Source: Nemertoderma westbladi (lineage: Eukaryota; Animalia; Xenacoelomorpha). From it: DNA of 64,000 nucleotides. A program made the translations under genes and the position numbers. The stretch is from assembly GCA_032718475.1 (NCBI GenBank), contig JAUCBJ010000602.1:11707-75706 (forward strand), written 5' to 3'. The notes beneath the pieces were generated by a model that was not told the DNA's origin, searched no databases, and saw nothing but the letters and a program-made list of their open reading frames with translations. Each line of letters starts with the position of its first letter. Positions within the stretch are counted from its first letter, which is position 1. Positions 48,781-61,778 of this stretch are shown here, piece after piece.

Positions 48781-51700
48781 TATTAGTATTTTAGAATTGT
48801 AATAAATGTGATCAATCAGGGTTTTGGACATTAATTAATTATTGTTCGAAGGAGTTGATTATAGAATTTGTAAGTATTGAAAAGGGTTTGTTTGATATTT
48901 GATATGTAGGTCTACATTGAACAGAAAATTATAAAGATTTTATATGATTATATAATGAATATTATTATATAGAAAACTCGATTTTCTAGAAATTATTTAG
49001 TTTCCAGGAATCCGGACCATAGTATGTCATTTCGGGACGTATGTCGCCAATTAATATGGGTTTTATATTTTTCGATTTTTTTAGTTGAGAGATAGATTAA
49101 CTTAGCATAAATATCGTCCATCGAAGCTTCTTCCATAGTGAAATACGGGCATTACTATACCTTGGGTACCCATAGTTTGACCAATTTTTTTAATATGGAA
49201 AATGCGGTTATCACGACGTATCTTTTTCTAGAACAAGTATTTGACCTTCTGACAGTTCTAGAACAAAAATATTTATCAAAATTGATAACTAAAAAAAATA
49301 ACACGTATTCTATAACATTTATAAAAAAAATTAGCAAAAACTAGCTAGTATATAAAATCAATATCATGGGATGGAATTTGAAATTTAATTCATCATTACT
49401 TATTTTATTGACAAAAAAGTGTTATTTTTTTGTCAAACCTGTAAACGACTTTGACAAAAAAGTGACTTACTATACAACAAATAAAGCTAGCTAAACGACT
49501 TTGACAAAAAAGTGACTTACTATACAACAAATAAAGCTAGCTACCATGGTTACAATTCACAACCAATTTGTTTAGAACTTATTGCAGAGTTGTTGTCAGC
49601 AGATGATCCCGTAAGACAGCGACAGTAATGTAGAGAGGCCTTGCATACGTGGATGGTAGTTAGGTATAGTAAATCTGGAACCGATTTTAAAAATTGAGAC
49701 TGATAATATGAGGAGAGTTCTAGAAATTCACATTTGTTGCAATTCCTTCAATGATCAAATGTCCCTTTCATATTCAAGCAACTGAAATTTATGGTAGCTA
49801 TATTTTAGATAAACATAGCTATTATTTTCGGCACTACTGGTTCCGTTCTCCTACTTTACCCTATAAATTTTTTATCGTAGCATTTGTTAATTTTTATATA
49901 TAATTTCATTTTTTTATACTGTAGTTCCTTTTGAAAAAATATTATTCTAGAAAGAATACCGTTTTGACTAGAGTTCCTTATAGCACTACATTTTTAAAAC
50001 ATATATCATTGTTACTATGGCAACGTTAAAGAGTTGTAGAACAAATGAAACGTATTATATACTATTCTAGAACATAAATAAAAAAAATATATTACGTTCT
50101 ATAACATATTGCTAGTTTTTATTAATTTAAAAATTGCTAGTAAATTAAATATAATTGTATTTAAATGAATTTCTGAATACATGTAAATGAATATTGAAAA
50201 TTGGTATATTTGTAACATATACCAGTAGCTAGTTTTTTTTTAATTAAAATACAGTAGCTACCGGTAGTAGATTAAAAAAATTTATTTTTAAGTAAATTTC
50301 AAAATACATTTAAATTAATATTGAAAATTTCCAAACTACAGTACCAAACATTAATAAAAAAAGTTTTTTATATTTTTTTAAAATTTCTAGCTATTTTAAA
50401 ATTGAAAAATAACTAGCTACTGTATATGTTCTAGAACGCTATATTTTTAATTTTATTTATGTTCTAGAATAGTGTATAATATTTATATTGTGTTCTAGAA
50501 CTCTACAATGTTGCCATGGTATCCATGATTTATGGAATAAAAATGTAGTGCTACACGGATACGGAACTGTTACCTTAGTTTTAATATTGTCTGCGTCAAA
50601 AGAGTCAGTCCCCCAATCTTCGACCCATCTCGGCGAATTCATATTTCGTCTTAATGTTAAATTAAAAATTAAGGGAAATGAGCGGGTTACAATTGCACAT
50701 ACTGTAATTCTAACCAAAACAATAAATTAAAGACAATAGAAAAGGTTACAGTTGTATTTTTAGGAGTTATCAGCGGAGCGGCATAAAACTAAAAAAAAGT
50801 AAAATTGTTATTCGGCCGTTAGGCCAGGGATTACGAGCAAAGTTTGACAACTTATTTCCAGTGCGGTACCTCTCGAACTATACTCCCCAATGGAAAAGCC
50901 AGTACTCATTTAGCTATCATTTAAGGATGCAAACAAAAATGCTAATTGTTACACCCGCTTTTTATTCCGTCGAAAGTCCCCTTATCTGTAGCTGGGAAAT
51001 AAATATGAGAAATAGAGCTATAACATTTACGCTGTTACCTACTATATAAATACATAATTTCATAAATTTATTGCTTTACTGTAGAAAGGCCATATATGAA
51101 AGCATTTAAAATGACTGAAATAGTAGACATAAAATAAGATTACTGAAATAATGTCTACCATAAGTCATATTCGTTGTATAGGAACAAAATAGAAGTGATA
51201 AAAATATATATGCATAGTTATTTCCCCCTCAAAATACCACGCCCCATTTTTAATCAACTCCCCCCAAACAAAACCCTTTTAGAAATGTTTGAAGCTTCAG
51301 CAATAAATTACTCGTTGGTGAATGAAGGTAATGGGGAATAACACACTTATTACACTATTATTGAGTTATTTTCCCGGTTATTTAACCCGCGGGTAGGAAA
51401 CAACCCGAGGGCGAAGCCCGAGGGTGTTCTTGCCCAAGGGTAGTAAGTAAGTAAGTAAGTAGGCCCAAGTAATAAATATAGATAGTTTAATAATTAGTTT
51501 TCAATCTTTAGCTACACGAGCGTTTAAAAAACGTTGTTCAAAATTGCACCTACAACACCGAAAGTTATTCTTCAACCTTAGTCGCTTGTTTGCACTGCTG
51601 TACATGCAAGGATTTCAAAAATATAAAAACTTTCAATTGGGTTGAGAAATAGCTGTGCACTGTCGACCACACCAAAAACCGCTATAAACGTTTTATTAAG

Positions 51701-53933
51701 CGAAAGGAGCAGGTTATGTTGGCAAGTTATTATAATCAAATCAACAAACGACAGCGAACAGCGCAGGACCCAGTTACATTGTTGTTCGAAATACGGGTTG
51801 TCGGCAGTCGCCGTAGCGTTTGCACCCTTCGAACGCCCCCATCTCAGCTATTTCGGATCGAAATTCAGATTTTGGAACCTTAAAATCGCCACAACGTAAA
51901 ATTTGAGGCACATAAATATCCGAGGTACAAAAAACCGTAGGTGGCAGCCTAGAAATACCAACTGTCGGTATCGGTAGGCCTTCATACCCACGTGTTGCTA
52001 TTATTACTAGACTTTATTACGTGAAGACACTTGCAGCACGTCACCACAATAATGAAGACGCAAGGTGTCACCTTTACAGGCACTTACTTACAGCACTGCG
52101 CTCTGCGCTCATCCTGTTGAGTAGATTTTCAACGGATGTTTAATTAAAATATATCTATGGATTTACTTTAGTTGTTCATTGTTAAAAACTTCCCACACCT
52201 AGGTAGCAGCAAGCCTGTGTCATATCCGTTGTGATAAGCGCAGTGCGTTGGCGGATTCACTTATTCTAGGAGGTTGTTGTTTCCTGCTTATTTTTTCCAT
52301 TAGTTCGTTGAATAACACAGTTGACATTTTAAATTATAAATATTTTATTCCATAAAATAAAACTTTAGCCTGTTATATTGTCTTTCGTATATTGTTTTGG
52401 TTAGAATAACGTGCAATAACGTATAACCTGCTTCTTTCCCTTAATTTATATTTTAACATATGAGACAGCAGACAGGCAAGATATAAATTCGCCGTGAAGG
52501 TATTCGCGTCAACCCCCACTACTCCCTTATTGGCCTAGCATACATACCGTAGAGAAGTATGGTACTTTGACGTCCCCTCCAGCTTGGTAGTCTGTTCGAC
52601 CCAATGTTTGTATAGACGTATCCCTGATCATCCTTGTATCCGGTTGCCTAGTGACAGGGTCAGCTGCTGCCTCAACTTTAATCATATTCATACGCCTCTT
52701 GCGGGCTAAATCACGTTGTTTATAGGACCACTTATACTTCAGGGCAATCACTGTAAGTAATATGATTTATTGTCAACATTGACATAATTTACCGATTGCC
52801 GCACGACCTATGGGTCCGCGGTAAATTAAATAGACTTAGTTTACGTTACAATATTTAAATTTTCAATGTGTGGCGAGCCACTTTAGCGTAGCGTCGTCGT
52901 TGGAAATGTTTGAACGCTATGATGAAATTGAACCAAACTTGGTACACATGTAGTCTATAAAAAGGTTTATAAATTCTACACACAGACAGACTTCTATAGT
53001 TCCTATGTTGGCCACTAGGGGGTGAATGACTACGTCCACTAATTGCATACTTGTAATAATAAGCCAATACCGCATATACCCGGAAAGAATAAGGGCCGAA
53101 TATACGCTATATCGGATATAGCGTATATCACGCTATATCGATATAGCGTACCGGTACCCCGCAGCTGGAGTTTACCCCTATGGAGAAAACCAGATGCTTG
53201 TTCAATTAGCCAGTAAGAAACAGTAAGTATCTGTACAGGCTAGAAGAACGAGTTAAGAACTATATAATACGCCAAATTAAAAAAAATACAAAATATAAAA
53301 TTCCCAACCAAAAAATTTCAACGGACAAGTGAATACCGTGTATTCCTTAATGAAGAAGAAAGTTTGAATGAAGATGTGCAGTTGTAATAAGAGAGTTTAG
53401 AAATATTAGTTGGAATACAAAATTATAAACTCACTAATAACTATAAAGACTAAAATAGACGACACAGAGATAGGAATGGCAGCTGCGGAGCTTAGATGGG
53501 CAGCGAAGCCTCTGAGTGACAGTAACTCACATCTGACTCCCATGTAGCCAGGTAGACAGGCACACCTAAAAAAACAATAACAATAAGTACCACTTAACGC
53601 TCATGTAGCCGGCACGATTAGAAAACAAAAATTAATTAGTACCGGGAACTCTTACAATAAACACACTGACACACTTATATACTGTAGAAGCTAGAAATCG
53701 AAAGAATTTTCTATACCTTCTTAACATCAGTTAACATTTAATAAACCTGCGTTACTGCAATGGACTGGACGCATTACATAAAGATATAGGAAGGAGTCAT
53801 CTGTGTACAACTCGCCGACTTAGCGTAAACTACTCACAGCTCTGCCTGCATCCCCCTACACGGGCTAGCTAACCCACCAGAAGAAAGCAAAGATATTACC
53901 ATTGTTTATAAATAAATACTAAACTGGTTAACA

Positions 53934-54050
53934 TTACTACTACGATACAAAATTGCAAAAACTACAAAATTGCGCCGCCACAACTCCATATCACCCATGA
54001 CATGACATTGGGTAGATCATCCGCATCTTCAAGGCCAGTGTCCTTTAAGA
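53934..54050 (-). mobile_element. Short diverged 3' fragment of the same RTE-like LINE
   Basis: AAAATTGCGCCGCCACAACTCC...GATCATCCGCATCTTCAAGGCCAGTGTCCTTTAAGAT matches ~12701-12781 and is preceded by a tactactac tail remnant. Confidence 0.75.
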
Positions 54051-56815
54051 TTCCCCCACCCCCCCACATTAACGTAATTGTGGGTTAACATTATGGTGTT
54101 TTGGAAAGGAGAGGAATATTTCTAAGTACAAAGAAATATAAATTCGTTAAAAATAAACGACGGCCCACCCATCCAGATTCGTAATGGACATACAGACATA
54201 GCGGAGCTGTTTGTTCATAATGCCAACTCACGAGTATGTTCCAGGTTCGTTGTGGCATATACCGTCGTTGTAACACGGTATAGCAGGTGGAAGCTGTTTA
54301 CATTCGTCGATGTCAACACACTGATCCCAACCGGCATTCTCAAAGCCATCTGGACAACTGCAAATAATAAATGAAATAAAATCTACCGACAATGCATTGT
54401 AAACAATAATTAGTATTGGTGCAATTACTTTGGAATGTTTAACAGCTGGCGCCAGTTGGTAAGTTAGCCAATATTATTGTACTTGTCGAGCAGCACCACT
54501 TTATGGTTGTTTTAATTAAGTTAGAATTACTGTTTGATTCCATCTCTCGCCGTAGGAGAAAGAATAAACAACGGGACGTTGAAGGAAGAATATCAGGGAC
54601 AGGGTATTTCAGTAATAATTTCAAATATATTGTCAATGATAATAATATATATATATTTTTCAATTTATGCATTCCATATAGAACTTTAGTTGAAGTGCCA
54701 CTTCTGGTAGCCTAGAAATCGATACCATTTTAGTATGGAACTCACCTCATGGCGTAGCTGCAACTGTTTGACTGGATGATTACAACCCCTCAGTCGCCTC
54801 TCACTGCTACTCCTAACGTAGGTATGGCAATGTTCTGTGGTCACGTGATCTGTATATTCGGTAATCAATCAATAACCTTGGAGATACTACAAAGGAGTAT
54901 TAACTAAAGACTTTTATAGATTGGATATGTAAGGCTGTCGAATCGGAGACGCCCCCCAGGGCGAACAGCTCCAGCACGCCACTTATATGATCCCATAAAT
55001 ATCCGTATAAAAGTAGGTGTAAAAATAATTATTTGTACTTGAGAAGAAGTATAATATATTTCACTATTCTCGAGGTATTTTATTTACCGAGAGCCAGCGA
55101 GGTTAATAAAGGGTCGAGATAATATTGAAAAAATGTTCTACTTTTTTCCCACGAAATGCGTAATTTATTCGTAAATTGTGATTTTTTTGTTGCTTAATTC
55201 TTTAATAAAAGATACAAAGAAATAGTGTTTCAAAATAAATTGAACTGTAATATATCGTTTTCATAGTTACAGCGATTCCAATTATTGTACTTTTCAACTC
55301 GTGATGCTGCCTTACTCAATGTTATATGATTTAAAGTTCTCGCATTTTTATTGATTTCAGCAGAGAGCAGCTGGTTCACTACGTTAAGCCAAGTTATGTT
55401 CGGAGTACCTACGCTTTGCAAATAATAAAGAGTATTATTATTAGAGGAGTTTTCCTCAAATTGACTGCGCAGAAATTTTCCACTTGGATGTTTTTTCAAC
55501 ACATGTAATAAAATTTAATAAATTCCAGCAAAAACATTTACACATGTTATATTACTTTTTTCTACCAATGTTGGGTTATATTCGGATGTAAAATGAACAA
55601 TTTGAGATAAATATTTTTAGGGTTGAGCTAAGGAAAGTTACATTTTAAAAGTTAGTTGGTAAGTTAGAAATACTTACTTTAGCACTTAATAAGAATGCAG
55701 TTATCGTCTCTACTAAAATGCTAATTAGTAATATATAATAGCTACTGTATATAATAAATTATCTACCGAATACAGACTATAACTTAAAATGAAAAAGCAG
55801 GCATACCTTATGTCATAGCTGTGCCACAGGTACACTACTGAATTCTAAGCAGCCGTATAAAACATTGTCAACCGCCGTTAAAGTACGTACATTATATGAC
55901 TCATACTACTAAGTATTTACATAATATTTAAATTCTTTAATAAAATAATATAATAGAAGATATTCTATGTGATTCAAATTTTATATATAATTAATTATAT
56001 AATTAATTCTAATTTTATCATGAATTCCCACCTATTTAACAGTTCACTAGAGCATTATTAATATACAATATGTTCAAAGTTCACTTTGAATTGTTTTGTG
56101 TGAGTAAACTAGAGGCTTATATTTTTCAATGAGTGAATGACGTATATTTGTTTGACTGTTGCAAATAATCTGTGGGCTGGGATCAATTAACCAACGTTGT
56201 ATGTTTGGGGTGGGGTTGTAATCAATATACAATAGTATCGTACATTTACAGTGACAGACACCACCCCTTCCAAAGAAATTACATATTGACCCAATTTACC
56301 CCGGAATATAGAGTGCCAACCCCAGATTGCATGGAATTTGAAACAGAGTTGAAAGTTGAAAACATTCCTTTATAAAAGGTGTCTTCGTCGATATTGCACC
56401 TTTCCTACTGCAGTTATTATGGTTAGAAACCGTCTAAAGTATATCTAAAAATATCTAAACAATATGGTTAGGTTATTCCCTTCTTCTAAGATTTATTGGC
56501 GGGTTTGTTAAATTTCTTAAATAACAATTTTATCTGAATAATCCACTTTTTTCACTACATTTTTTAGAAAACAGTACATGATAGTAGTGCGTTCGCGCAC
56601 TATTATTACTTATTTCCACCACAATTTTAGTGGCAGTGACCAGCCTGCGAGAGGCTATTTTATTTCATTTTATAAATACACCATATTCTGGAACAAATCA
56701 CTATGTTGAATAATAACTGCAGTAGTACTGGCACAATATCGGTGGGGAGATAATTTCTTTCAAACGCTTGTAGCTAAAGAATGAAAGCGGAAATAAAAAT
56801 TCTGGCTCACCCACG

Positions 56816-57128
56816 GAGGAGGAGGGAGGTGAAACTATCCTCTAGGAGGAGGGAGGTGGAACTATCTCTAGGAGGAGGGAGGTGGAACTATCTCTAGGAG
56901 GAGGGAGGTGGAACTATCTCTAGGAGGAGGGAGGTGGAACTATCTCTAGGAGGAGGGAGGTGGAACTATCTCTAGGAGGAGGGAGGTGGAACTATCTCTA
57001 GGAGGAGGGAGGTGGAACTATCTCTAGGAGGAGGGAGGTGGAACTATCTCTAGGAGGAGGGAGGTGGAACTATCTCTAGGAGGAGGGAGGTGGAACTATC
57101 TCTAGGAGGAGGGAGGTGAAACTATCTC
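56816..57128. repeat. 26-bp minisatellite (~12 units)
   Basis: Unit GGAGGAGGGAGGTGGAACTATCTCTA. Confidence 0.92.
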
Positions 57129-57851
57129 TGTTTCAAATTTCATGCAATCTCCTGAAGATTTTAACAAAACTTGAGGGGAGGTGTGGGGGAAGGTACCTGA
57201 ATAAAGAAAAGACACTATATTTCACGACATGGTTTAATTTAATTTGTGCTCTTTTTTTACCAAAAACCAAAATGAAAGACGTGTTTTTTATATTATTGAG
57301 TTTTGAATATTTACCCTTAGGGGTTGACTACGTTGTAAAGCACTAGGGTCATAAATCGGAAATAAAGTGCCACCCAAATTACCTGACACGTCGTATCTGA
57401 ACTCTCTCAGCCCGGTACAATACCCATAGGCTCTCGGCTACACTGAATTACGGTTAAATCCATCACTGCTGGCTGGCAATATTTATTGCTTGCAGTCCAT
57501 TTGTAATGCGCTGAGCCGCGTGAGTAAGGCGGTGTGTGTAGGAGGTGGGTTACGGGAATAGCTAATCAATTGCTACTCTCTCAATCGCCACCACGTTTGC
57601 CTAAGATAATTACTACGGTTGGGGTAGTGGCGGTTGTATTTCATACAGGATTTCCACTTTAGTCGCTTTTCCTTCCATAAAGTTGCGATATAGCGAAAAT
57701 CAGTGTGATTAACTGAGTACGCTGACTAATAACCAATAATTATACAGCATTGTCACTAAATGAGCCAAAAATCAAAACATCATGTTCAGGCCATAATAAA
57801 AAAAAATTATGGCAACGGCAATGAACTTTAGGATTGTGCAAATAGAGTATA

Positions 57852-58040
57852 CCCCCCCCCCCCCCCCCCCCCCCAGCTCCACTCCCCACCCCCCCCCGCT
57901 CCACTCCCCACCCCACCCCACCCCCCAGCTCCACTCCCCACCCCCCCCCGCTCCACTCCCCACCCCACCCCACCCCCCAGCTCCACTCCCCCACCCCCCC
58001 CGCTCCACTCCCCACCCCACCCCCCCAGCTCCACTCCCAG
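57852..58040. repeat. C-rich low-complexity repeat (G-runs on the minus strand)
   Basis: Poly-C followed by repeated GCTCCACTCCCCACCCC units. Confidence 0.85.
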
Positions 58041-58308
58041 CTAAAACAATGGAATGAAATTAATACGACATGGTCATTATAAATTACATAAATATTAAAT
58101 AGAACACAAACAGTTAAATTGAATTCAATTCTTGGAATTAGTTAATTCGCTCTGAACTCCTTACAATCAGGGCAAAATCTGGCATATTGAAGAAGAATCA
58201 TGAAACCGCAAGCAAACGCTGTAAATCAACACAAATTATCTGGAAACAAATACACCGGTGCACCAATGGAAGAATGTAAGCATCTACAGTATAAGGAAAA
58301 AAATCTAA

Positions 58309-58518
58309 AGGCCACGATACACCACAGGAGCGGCGAGCGGCCGCGGCGAGCGGCCACTTTTTAAAAATAGAACACATTATTTTCTATGTGTGATGATACA
58401 CCACAAATGGCCGCTGCCGCTCGCCGCTCCTATAGTGTATCATACCAAAAGTCGCCCTTCACAGCGGCCGCTCGCCGCGGCCGCCCGCCGCTGCCGCTCC
58501 TGTGGTGTATCATGGCCT
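58309..58518. mobile_element. PIF/Harbinger (Tourist-like) MITE, 210 bp
   Basis: TIRs AGGCCACGATACACCACAGGAGCGGC / GCCGCTCCTGTGGTGTATCATGGCCT; TAA TSD at 58306-58308 and 58519-58521. Confidence 0.85.
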
Positions 58519-59112
58519 TAATACAGCAATAATTAATACATAACATACAGTTTGTACATCTTATCCAATATGATAATTAATATATAAATAAATTACTATA
58601 TTATAATTAATAACTTCAATAATGTATAAAAACACCACGAAATATTAGAAAACAGAGAAAAGAGGGAATTATAAGTACAATAAACCGTATGAATTGCATA
58701 TCTACCAAAGAAATAGGTCAGTATACAGAAACATCAATGCCAGGAAACTGGTTCCTACAGGCACATATTCATTCTAGATATTATTTCAAATTAAATTCAG
58801 TTGATGTTAAGTACACCCAGTTAGTTGATTATAGTGTTCTATATCTATACTTAATTGCTATACTTAAAGGTCCAGTTTAATTGCAGCGGTAGCTAAAGTT
58901 CATGAGTAGAGTACCGGTCGGCGGTATCGTTAACATATTGTATTGTCGACATACCGGTTCTGTATATAGACTTACGGTTTACTATGTATGGCTCTACCTT
59001 GACTTGGGGTACCGGTAGCGCTACTCGATTCTCACCTGGCATATAAACTTCTACATTACATTACATACGTATGTATATTGCTTTTTACATGTTTTGTACA
59101 GGAATTAAAACG

Positions 59113-59840
<728 letters not shown>

Positions 59841-61778
59841 ATACATCCCGCTCTACTGAACACAAAATTGTTTCAACTTTCGAATGAAAGTCGCCTTAAA
59901 TGTAAAGTGATAAATATATCGACTACGTTATACCAGCTAAGTAAAATAAACTATTCCAGTTTCTAATGAATATAATATTAACTGAACGAGAACACACAAT
60001 TAAATTCTTCGATATATCAAATAAATTTAGATTTAATTCCTAGTTGTCTACAACTGTTCAATCCTGGCTGACATAAAATAGCCTATATTTATATACACAT
60101 TGCCATAACGCCTACAATGTACACGGCATATTATAAAACTCTGCTTTAAACCTGCTAAAGTTATTCCAAATAATTGTGGTTAAAAACTTTCCAATCAAAG
60201 CATTGATTATTACATAGACCACAAGGTGTATATATCTAATATTGGCAATATTTATTGTTAATCGGTATTTAAAAGAACTGCATGCCGGTGGGAATAAATA
60301 AAGAAACTCAACAAAATGGCACCACACAAATATCTACAACACAATCTAATAGCCAGTCCTTCTACACATAGATGGCCGCATCTAAAATCTTCTATAATTC
60401 TATAATTTCGTTGAATTTACTGAATGTTAATTCTAGTAGGTCCTATAGCACAATAAACAAGAGAATACAAATAAATAATAAACTATTTCCGTTTTTAACT
60501 TTACTACCTAATCCGTGTTGGTGCTAAATCTTCTCTTGAACGCAGAGTGCATTTATATACAGTTACCTAAGAACATCGTTATTGCACAACCAGTATTGGA
60601 AACAGAGAAGATATCCGGAATAAATATGAATCTAAGACAACAAATCTACATAACAAAAATATCAATGGAACAATGTGAGTACCGGTACGACGAATGCGCT
60701 CGAAGTATGTTCTGAGGGGTTCACACTGAGAAGCGCAACATTAATGTTTGTTTAATGTTTGTTCTGTTCGAATTAAACTGATATTTCCTGATACTCAACC
60801 AAATAAAATAAAATGTTTAAAAATTCATATATTTCACTATTAAACATAAAAAAAATGTAAATCACCACGCTGAAACGCGAAAATACAACGTTATTAAATA
60901 TATAATTTCAACCACATCAATTAGCCAATTGTATTAAAATAAAGAGAATCCCTGGATAAACCTGTTGCGAGGGAATTGCCGTAACCAAGCGGAATGTTTC
61001 TTAGTTACAGATAATCGAATGTAACACATAGTTTATAAGGGTTACAATGGTAGACCCAGTGCGAATAAACATGGGCAATAGAACGGTGTCTTACATAACC
61101 CTGGTACCTTATTGGGTAACAAGGTTGCCAAGTCAGCTAACTATGGATGCCATAGTTACTGATATTTTTATAACTATTAATTATTGGTGTTTTGGGTAGC
61201 AATATAGTTACTGTTGAATAACATGGGGCAAACACCTATAGTTACTAGGATACAACTGGGTAGTAACCAATGATACCCTAGTTACTAGGTCGCTTTGTGT
61301 GTTCGTTTATATGTACGCTAACTTATTTATTTATAAATAACAGCAACATATCAAATTATCCTATAGAAACAACGCATCGCACAATAGCTGATGCTAATAA
61401 CTAGCTTTACTGCGTAAAATATTAGTTAAAAACAATTCCACTTCTCTATTTTCTATCATGCGAGAATTCGTCAAGTGAACAATTATTCGAGAATCCAATA
61501 AAATATTTTTATTTATCAAAACGCTAAAAACGTTTTTATTAAACGACCATGAAAACCTAAATTTATTTAGGTTGGATTTAAATTTCTGCCTCATCTCATA
61601 TGGTAGAAGATATAAAGTGGAGAGTTAATAAGATATCTTACATATTAAATTGTAATATATCGCATAAAACGTTATGCAATAATAGGCCGTATAGTTAGTG
61701 ACTTGCAAAAAAATACCAATATAATTTTCACGGGTTACGGTGTATGGTTAAAGGAGTGGGCCACTAACTGTGTGGTTA

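Noticed and set aside
53100-53152. Double palindrome (ACGCTATATC..GATATAGCGT twice)
   Set aside because: Too short and without context to assign a function.
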